DNA from: an uncultured Bacteroidales bacterium
GTDB taxonomy: Bacteria > Bacteroidota > Bacteroidia > Bacteroidales > UBA932
Direction: 5' to 3'
Assembly (NCBI GenBank): GCA_963931625.1
Contig: OZ007033.1
Coordinates: forward strand, 524,881-588,880
DNA: 64,000 nt
In this document: positions 57,761 to 64,000 of the stretch, piece after piece
Position numbering within the stretch: the first letter of the stretch is position 1
Layout: each line of letters starts with the position of its first letter
Notes under the pieces: model-generated
Databases searched by the model: none
Told to the model about the DNA's origin: nothing
What the model saw: the letters and a program-made list of their open reading frames with translations, nothing else
Program-made: the position numbers and the translations under genes

Positions 57761-58933
57761 TCAGTCCCACCAGGAGTCTACTTCCGATTCGACCCTTGCG
57801 GCCACATCCTCGCCCACCTTGTCCGGAAGATTGACAAAGAAATCGTAGCCGAGCCTGCGTTCGAGGTCATCGATGGTCATTGACTGGTTCATTATGGTAT
57901 TCTTGTCGCTGCCGTAGCTTCGGTGGCCGAAGTAGAAAGCGATTCCGATATAGCCTCCGGTAGCATTGCCTATCGAACCGCCTTTCTTGTAGCCGAGCAA
58001 AGCCTTGAAATAGCCCTCGGGGACAGTGCACGCCGCCCCGTTGTTGTCATAGGCGACATCGGAAGCCCCCTGTATGTCAGCTCCTGTGACGACATAAAGA
58101 GTATCCATCTGATAGCACCAATCGCGTACCATATTTTCCAGATTGGCCCAGGCAGACTGATTGAGAGCCGCCTTCTGTGGCGTCATGTTGGTAAAATAAA
58201 AGGTAGTTTCGTTGATTCCGTTGCCATACCTGTCAGCCGATGGAAGCTGATGCCCGCGGTCATATCCGCCACGGTATCCGCTGAACAGCACCGGCTGATA
58301 CCTTGACGGAATCTTGGGATCGTAACCCCAGTCATCCGTGCGGCTTCCGCTGCCGATCAGCCCTCTGTTCAAAGGATATGCGACCCACACGGCAAGCCTG
58401 TCATCAAGACTGTAATAATAGGAATAATTGCGCAAGGTCTTGCCGGAGCGCACCATGTCATGGGTAATGAAATAGAGGTCTGTATCGTCTGTAGCAGGAA
58501 GTTCCAGCCATTTGCCCGGGATGTCGGCCTTTATCTCAGACGGGCCTCCGCCAGTGCCGGCAGTCCCGTTCTGGGTGAAGGTTGCCGAGGCGGACATTTC
58601 TCCGGCAACGACCGTCAGGATACAACTGCGGGCATCCTTTCCCTCATTCTTTTCCCACGAAAGCACAATGTCGGACCTGCGGTCCTCTCCTGCCGCAGGC
58701 TCGACACTTGCCCATTCCTCCGCTTCCCCGAAATCGATGGTTATCGTCCAGGGACCGGCAGCATCCACCGTCACAAACTGACTGGAAGCCCCTGTTCCGG
58801 CAGTTTTGAGCGGCACGGAAATGGACGGCTCCCGGTCAATTGCGGTCTCTTCAGACTTGACGCAGGAAGAGACCGCAAAAAGAATGACTGCCGAAAGCGG
58901 CAAAAATATTTTTGAAAAATTATTCAGCAGCAA
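57761..58933 (-). CDS. DNA/RNA non-specific endonuclease (NucA/EndA His-Me finger) lipoprotein with BACON domain
   Basis: Lipobox VSSC; BACON unit; WVAYPL, YDRGHQLPSAD, NETTFYFTNMTPQ, WANLE..VR, VPEGYFKALL. Confidence 0.92.
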   Translation of the reverse strand: MLLNNFSKIFLPLSAVILFAVSSCVKSEETAIDREPSISVPLKTAGTGASSQFVTVDAAGPWTITIDFGEAEEWASVEPAAGEDRRSDIVLSWEKNEGKDARSCILTVVAGEMSASATFTQNGTAGTGGGPSEIKADIPGKWLELPATDDTDLYFITHDMVRSGKTLRNYSYYYSLDDRLAVWVAYPLNRGLIGSGSRTDDWGYDPKIPSRYQPVLFSGYRGGYDRGHQLPSADRYGNGINETTFYFTNMTPQKAALNQSAWANLENMVRDWCYQMDTLYVVTGADIQGASDVAYDNNGAACTVPEGYFKALLGYKKGGSIGNATGGYIGIAFYFGHRSYGSDKNTIMNQSMTIDDLERRLGYDFFVNLPDKVGEDVAARVESEVDSWWD

Positions 58934-60929
58934 TGTATGTTACTTTTGAAATCTGGACAAATCCATTGCTTGAGTGTGATTGGCAATCGAAAGTCAGCTT
59001 GTAATACTGATCAGCCGCCTGATTTATCTCAGGAATCTCAAATTTCAGAGTCCCCGCAGCAAGTCCACCACTTGGCACGATATCATCTACTACTAAAGTA
59101 CTCAAATTCGCATCAGAATAGATGCTGAGTTTTATTGAATTAACCTTAGAAGCAAGCAGATTATCTGCGACCACCTCAACAGATGTTAATTTAGGCATTG
59201 GAGTATCAGTACTGATTGTAGCTACAGAAGCATTATTTTTTCTGCCACATCTGATATATGTCCAATTGTCCCAATTATTATTATTAAAAGCATAAATAGA
59301 CCATTCGCTATCACCGATCTTGGCCGTCCACTCAGTTAGATACTGATTGGATTTCAAGCCATTATTCGATGAATTGTCATCTGGGAATGTCAAGGTCACT
59401 GTACCTTCCGGAGTGGGTGTAGGAGGAACAACTTCTTCTGCTTCATCCTTCACGACCACATTCTTCACTTCCCATGTACCTGCCTTTGAAGAAGAACTCT
59501 TGTAGACAAATGCAAACTGCATTTTCTTGCCTGCATAAGCAGAGATATCTATGTCTCCGGCATCCACAAATGTCCATCCCTGGCTTGAAGGATAAGTGAC
59601 TCCCGTAACTTTAGTCCAATCACCTGCGCCTTCTTCTTTAGCATATACAGATGCATCATCGCCAAGTGTCGATGTATTGAAGAAATTTGTGGCATGTTCA
59701 AATGTAAGATATGCAGATGTTTTACCGGAAAGATCAATTACCGGAGAAATGAGCCAGCTTTCGCTCTCATAATTTTTACCATCCACATATGCACTGGCCT
59801 TCATGCACTGATAAGAGGCATCATGGTTCCACACCCAGGTCAACGGATCATTCATCACCTTGTTGTCAATCGTAAAATCACCGATTCCCTTGTTGAAGGA
59901 ATTGGAATAAATCCAATCACCAGGGACCGGATCCGGATCTTCACCAGGCTCTTCACCGCCACCCTGACCCTGCTCATGAGATTCTATAGTACAGTCCACC
60001 ACCTCGTCCTTGCCGTTATATTCGGTATAAGCACCGCGGATGGTAACCTTGTCACCTGACTTGAGTTTCTGACCATATTCGGAAGCATTATTTACGGTAT
60101 AGACATATACAGTCCCTGTCTCATCCTCAAGGTCAAAACTTGCAAAATTTGCATTGATGCTGCCGGTTACGGTACCGGTCATTCTATACATGGTGAACAT
60201 ATCCTTGGCCTCAAGGAACTGCTGCACCGTCACAGTCTGGATAGACTCAAGATCAAGCGGTTCATGAGATTCAACGGTACCATCTGAAAGCTGATGCTCA
60301 GACTTGCTGGAATAGAATTCATATACACCCTTAATACTTACTTTGTCTCCGGTATGGATATCCATCGCCTTAAATTCTTCAGCATCTGCTCCGATGAACG
60401 GACACGAAATTGTACCGGTCTCATCTTTAAGGGAGAACCCCCAATATTTTTCACTAGTTGCAATATCACCGACAACTCCTGTGAGCATGTATTCATTTTC
60501 CGTATCAGCCTTCTCGATGAATTCGGCGATGGTCATACCTGCATATTCACCCTCAGGCCCTTTCTGGGTGACTGTCAGCTCAGCCTTATGCATGATATTT
60601 CCATAGAAGACGAGATCTGCCTTGCGGTCAGCCCTGTCATTGGCCATAGCCTTGATGGTTATAGTCTGAGGAGAAGCGGAGGCTTTGCCGCTTGAAGGAT
60701 TGATGCTGAGCCATGTCTGCGCATCCTCATCATAGCCTTGGACAGACCAGTCAATGGTAGCGGTAAGCTCAACAACATATTCCCCCCCCTCTTCAGGGAA
60801 CTCATGGGTCGTCTCTGCCGGATTCAAACTGATTTCCTCCGGTCCGAGCTCCGTAGTTTTCTGGCAGGCGAACACCATTGTCAGTGACGCAGCCGCCAAA
60901 GCGAATAAACTCTTATATTTCATAACCAA
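58920..60929 (-). CDS. Multidomain surface lipoprotein: BACON, two OB folds, jelly-roll (choice-of-anchor J-like) domain, C-terminal beta domain
   Basis: Lipobox VFAC; repeated LTGVV...LKDETGTI...GDKVSIKG / MTGTV...LEDETGTV...GDKVTIRG; WLISPVIDLS...LTFEHA; Pro/Glu/Gly linkers. Confidence 0.78.
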   Translation of the reverse strand: MVMKYKSLFALAAASLTMVFACQKTTELGPEEISLNPAETTHEFPEEGGEYVVELTATIDWSVQGYDEDAQTWLSINPSSGKASASPQTITIKAMANDRADRKADLVFYGNIMHKAELTVTQKGPEGEYAGMTIAEFIEKADTENEYMLTGVVGDIATSEKYWGFSLKDETGTISCPFIGADAEEFKAMDIHTGDKVSIKGVYEFYSSKSEHQLSDGTVESHEPLDLESIQTVTVQQFLEAKDMFTMYRMTGTVTGSINANFASFDLEDETGTVYVYTVNNASEYGQKLKSGDKVTIRGAYTEYNGKDEVVDCTIESHEQGQGGGEEPGEDPDPVPGDWIYSNSFNKGIGDFTIDNKVMNDPLTWVWNHDASYQCMKASAYVDGKNYESESWLISPVIDLSGKTSAYLTFEHATNFFNTSTLGDDASVYAKEEGAGDWTKVTGVTYPSSQGWTFVDAGDIDISAYAGKKMQFAFVYKSSSSKAGTWEVKNVVVKDEAEEVVPPTPTPEGTVTLTFPDDNSSNNGLKSNQYLTEWTAKIGDSEWSIYAFNNNNWDNWTYIRCGRKNNASVATISTDTPMPKLTSVEVVADNLLASKVNSIKLSIYSDANLSTLVVDDIVPSGGLAAGTLKFEIPEINQAADQYYKLTFDCQSHSSNGFVQISKVTYIAAE

Positions 60930-60957
60930 ATGATTAAAAAATGTTGCTTATATGCGG

Positions 60958-61006
60958 CAAAGATAAACAAATAACCGATATTTCATAGTATAAAAAATAT
61001 GAAATA
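60958..61006 (-). promoter_or_regulatory. -7 box (TATCTTTG) and 9-10-9 inverted repeat upstream of the nuclease locus
   Basis: CAAAGATA at 60958-65; TATTTCATA (60979-87) / TATGAAATA (60998-61006). Confidence 0.55.
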
Positions 61007-61221
61007 ATTATTACTCCTCTCTTTATTCCCACACTCATGCCCGACACCAAGCATAGATACAAACACATAAAACAACTTAATGCTACTGCATTAGCAGACA
61101 AATGACATATCCAGCAATATGAGGAAGTGTCATTACCAATAATGGATACCTTTACACTACCATAAAACATTTATGGAGACAATCATTACTTGGGTTGTGA
61201 AGAATTGCCGCTGCCGGGAAT

Positions 61222-61253
61222 GAAAGAAAGTGAGTCAGACTGATGTGACTCAC
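61222..61253 (-). terminator. Intrinsic terminator after the M3 peptidase
   Basis: GTGAGTCA-N8-TGACTCAC, followed on the minus strand by TTTCTTTC. Confidence 0.6.
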
Positions 61254-61325
61254 CTTATATACAATCCTGCTCCGGGGAACAAAGGAGATAGATGTGCACC
61301 ACTCCAGATATGACCAGGTATGATG

Positions 61326-63638
61326 CTACTCCAGACCGCGGGCACGCAGGAGGGCGCGAGGGTCGGGCTCGGAGCCACGGAAACGCTTGTAGAGGAGCAT
61401 AGGGTCTTCGCTGCCGCCTTTTTCAAGGATGTTGCGGCGGTAAGACATGGACACATCCTTGTTGAAAATGCCTTTCTTCATGAAGAGTTCGAAGGCATCC
61501 TTGTCAAGGACTTCTGCCCAGAGATAGCTGTAATAGCCTGCGCTGTAGCCGCTGTTGAAGATATGATTGAAATAGGTGGTACGGTAACGTGGAATGATCT
61601 CGTCAATCAGACCGGCCTGTGACATCACATAGGCCTCGAACTTGACAGGATCTATCACCTTCAGGTCTGAAGATGAGCCTGCTGCAAGCGGCTTCCCGTT
61701 CACGATGAGAGTACCGGCTTCAGCTCCTTCCGGTGCGGCGGTCTCAGATGCAAACGGACAGTCGGCAGGGACATAAACTGAAGTCAGTTCATGCCAGCGC
61801 ATGTCCAGAATGGCCGCAGCGGCAAGTTCGGTGGTCATGAAGCCCTGGTTGAATGTGGCGGCTGCACGGATCTTCGTCACCAAAGAATCAGGAATCACTT
61901 CGCCGCTCTCATAATGACGGGCGTATGTGGCAAGCACCTCCGGCTGAAGCGCCCAGTTTTCGTTGAGCTGGGACGGGAGTTCCACAAAGTCGCGGGCTAC
62001 GCTTGTGCCGCTGACATCCTTGTAGGTACACTGGCTGAGAAGGCCGTGAAGGGCATGACCGAACTCGTGGAACATTGTGGCTGTCTCATCGAGAGTCAGA
62101 AGGGACGGCTGGCCTGCGGAAGGCTTGGTGAAATTGCCGACATTCACTATTATCGGCCTGATGTCCACACCTTTTTCGGTGACCTCCTGGTTACGGAAAT
62201 TGTTCATCCATGCCCCTCCCCTCTTGGTAGGACGAGGGTAATAGTCAGTCAGGAGGATACCGACAAGAGAGCCGTCTGAGTCAGTGACCTTGAAGCCCTC
62301 CATGTCCGGATGGTATGACGGGATGCTGTCAAGCTTCTCGAAATTGAGCCCGTAAAGCTTATGTGCTGTGCCGAAGACGCCTTCACGGACATTTTCCATC
62401 TTGAAATATGGCTTGATGGCATTCTCATCGAGTTCATAATGGCAGTTACGGACCTTCTCGGCATAGTATGCCCAGTCCCACGGACGGATCACGGATGTGC
62501 TGTCTTCCGGAAGCAGTCCGGCCTTGACATCCTCATCCATTATCAGCTGCATGTCGGAGATCTCCTTTTCTGCCTTTGCCACGGCCGGGGTGAAGATGCC
62601 GTCAAGAAACTTGTCCACAGTCACGGCATCATGCGCCATCTTGTCCGAAAGGATGAAATCAGCAGGAGTACGGTAGCCGAGAAGCTGTGCCTTCTCTATC
62701 CTGAGCTTCATTATCTCTATGACCACGGAATTGTTGTCACAGGCATTGCCCTGGTTGCCTCTGGAGGAATATGCATTGAACATCTTTTCCCTGAGGTCGC
62801 GCCTTGCGCTGTATGTCATGAACGGGACATAGCTCGGATTGTGAAGGGTGAACAGCCATGGACCGCCTTCTGACACGGAATCCGCTCCGGTCATCTTCAT
62901 GGCGTCACGGGCGGAAATCCCGGATGACGAGGCATCGGCCGCAGCTGCTGAAATCACAGGCTGAGGCAGGCCGGCAAGCTCAGATGAATCGGTCAGGACC
63001 AGACGGAAGGAATTGGTCTCGGAAAGAAGATTGTTGCCGAACTTCTGTTCCAATGAAGCGAGTTCCTTGTTGATGGCCCGCATCCGTTCCTGGCCGGCGG
63101 CGTCAAGGGAGATTCCGTTGTTCACAAAACGGCGGTAAAGCTTCTCCAGCACGGCATTCTGCTCCACTGTAAGGCCGAGTTCCGACCTGCTGTCGTAGAG
63201 TTCCTTCACGCGGCTGAAGAAATAAGGGTTCATGAATATGTTGTCATTATGCCCGGTGAGCATGGGCAGGGCCTCTTCCACAACCGCCTGCATCGACTCG
63301 GTCGCATCGGACTCCGAAAGGTTGAAAAGCACACCGGTGACCTTGTCAAGCAAGGCTCCGGAACGCTCGTATGCAGCCACGGTATTCTCAAATGTAGGCT
63401 TGTCATCCTTGGCGATGATGGCGTCTATTTCTGCGGCCTGACGGTGTATACCGGCTTCGATGGCCTCCATGTAATCTTTTTCATGAATCTTGTCGAACGG
63501 AGGGATGCCGTACGGGGTGTCCCACTCCGAAAAGAACGGATTTGTCCTGTGACAGGCTGATATTCCCATAATCAATGATGTGACAATCAATGCTTTCCCA
63601 AGTCCTCTTTTCAGAGGAGAGCAAAAATCAGGTTTCAT
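61326..63638 (-). CDS. dcp: M3-family metallopeptidase (peptidyl-dipeptidase Dcp-like) lipoprotein
   Basis: Lipobox ISAC; RPTKRGGAWM, TMFHEFGHALH (HExxH), DFVELPSQ, YSAGYYSYLWAEVLD, GGSEDPM. Confidence 0.9.
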   Translation of the reverse strand: MKPDFCSPLKRGLGKALIVTSLIMGISACHRTNPFFSEWDTPYGIPPFDKIHEKDYMEAIEAGIHRQAAEIDAIIAKDDKPTFENTVAAYERSGALLDKVTGVLFNLSESDATESMQAVVEEALPMLTGHNDNIFMNPYFFSRVKELYDSRSELGLTVEQNAVLEKLYRRFVNNGISLDAAGQERMRAINKELASLEQKFGNNLLSETNSFRLVLTDSSELAGLPQPVISAAAADASSSGISARDAMKMTGADSVSEGGPWLFTLHNPSYVPFMTYSARRDLREKMFNAYSSRGNQGNACDNNSVVIEIMKLRIEKAQLLGYRTPADFILSDKMAHDAVTVDKFLDGIFTPAVAKAEKEISDMQLIMDEDVKAGLLPEDSTSVIRPWDWAYYAEKVRNCHYELDENAIKPYFKMENVREGVFGTAHKLYGLNFEKLDSIPSYHPDMEGFKVTDSDGSLVGILLTDYYPRPTKRGGAWMNNFRNQEVTEKGVDIRPIIVNVGNFTKPSAGQPSLLTLDETATMFHEFGHALHGLLSQCTYKDVSGTSVARDFVELPSQLNENWALQPEVLATYARHYESGEVIPDSLVTKIRAAATFNQGFMTTELAAAAILDMRWHELTSVYVPADCPFASETAAPEGAEAGTLIVNGKPLAAGSSSDLKVIDPVKFEAYVMSQAGLIDEIIPRYRTTYFNHIFNSGYSAGYYSYLWAEVLDKDAFELFMKKGIFNKDVSMSYRRNILEKGGSEDPMLLYKRFRGSEPDPRALLRARGLE

Positions 63639-63713
63639 GACAACAATAGTTTAGTACACGGGAAACGGCTCCAAAACCGTTTTGAATGGCACAAAAATAT
63701 ATAAAAAATGATT

Positions 63714-64000
63714 TCAATACTTGTTCCAGGAGGAAATTTCTTCCAGCGGTTTCCTGACCTTCTGCCTTGTAGGGGCATCTGGATAGCCGACCGAAATGAG
63801 CAGAGGGATGCGCTTGGAGCGGGGCACACCGAGAAGTTCTGCGACCTTCTTTTCATTGAACCAGCCCATGATGCAGGTACCGAGACCGAGATCGGCGGCC
63901 TGAAGGCAGAAATGCTCCACGGCCATGCCCAGGTCCATCATGCTGTAGTCCTTGCCTTTGAGCATGCTTCCGATCCTGGCGGTGACATTCATCTTTTCCA
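63714..64000 (-). CDS. Nitroreductase family protein, 3' part (5'-truncated by the window)
   Basis: DLGMAVEHFCLQAADLGLGTCIMGWF, ISVGYP, RKPLEEI; frame is open to the window edge. Confidence 0.85.
   Translation of the reverse strand, partial: EKMNVTARIGSMLKGKDYSMMDLGMAVEHFCLQAADLGLGTCIMGWFNEKKVAELLGVPRSKRIPLLISVGYPDAPTRQKVRKPLEEISSWNKY

Noticed and set aside
60782-60789. G8 tract (minus strand) near the 5' end of the OB-fold lipoprotein gene as a second phase-variation site
   Set aside because: The gene is in frame (EGGE), and one or two 8-mers are expected by chance in 64 kb at this GC. Worth checking only if read data show length variation.
60934-61170. 78-aa minus-strand ORF upstream of the nuclease locus
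   Set aside because: AT-rich intergenic DNA overlapping the promoter and operator; no coding features or upstream promoter.
1-64000. tRNA, rRNA, CRISPR arrays, integrases
   Set aside because: No cloverleaf or T-loop consensus, regularly spaced repeats or recombinase motifs were seen on manual reading.

Overview
Gut-type Bacteroidales (Bacteroidota) chromosome segment. The assignment is an inference from the dcw gene order without murF/ddl, the SusC/SusD genes and repeated TAnnTTTG promoter boxes. Left to right: (1) the dcw cell-wall/division cluster ftsI(partial)-murE-mraY-murD-ftsW-murG-murC-ftsQ-ftsA-ftsZ; (2) gltX, a small 2-TM ORF, rpiB, truB and a MATE pump; (3) a minus-strand sugar-uptake block MFS-ROK kinase-MFS, preceded by a candidate ~90-nt sRNA with its own consensus promoter and terminator; (4) an AraC regulator plus TonB-dependent receptor; (5) a ~20-kb ECF-sigma/FecR-controlled polysaccharide utilisation locus with tandem SusC/SusD pairs, a BACON lipoprotein, GH16, a metallophosphoesterase, a six-hairpin glycosidase and GH3, whose signalling SusC is frameshifted at a G9 tract just after the signal peptide; (6) recO, rdgB, an S41 protease, MATE, ROK and manA; (7) an Rpn (PD-(D/E)XK) gene divergent from a stand-alone ORF resembling only the Rpn C-terminal domain, with a four-box inverted-repeat spacer between them; (8) a lower-GC, SusD-less five-gene nuclease/TonB-receptor/OB-fold locus, likely for extracellular nucleic-acid utilisation; (9) an M3 peptidase and a partial nitroreductase. 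I found no rRNA, tRNA, CRISPR array or intact IS. All family calls come from motif recognition by eye; no database search was run.
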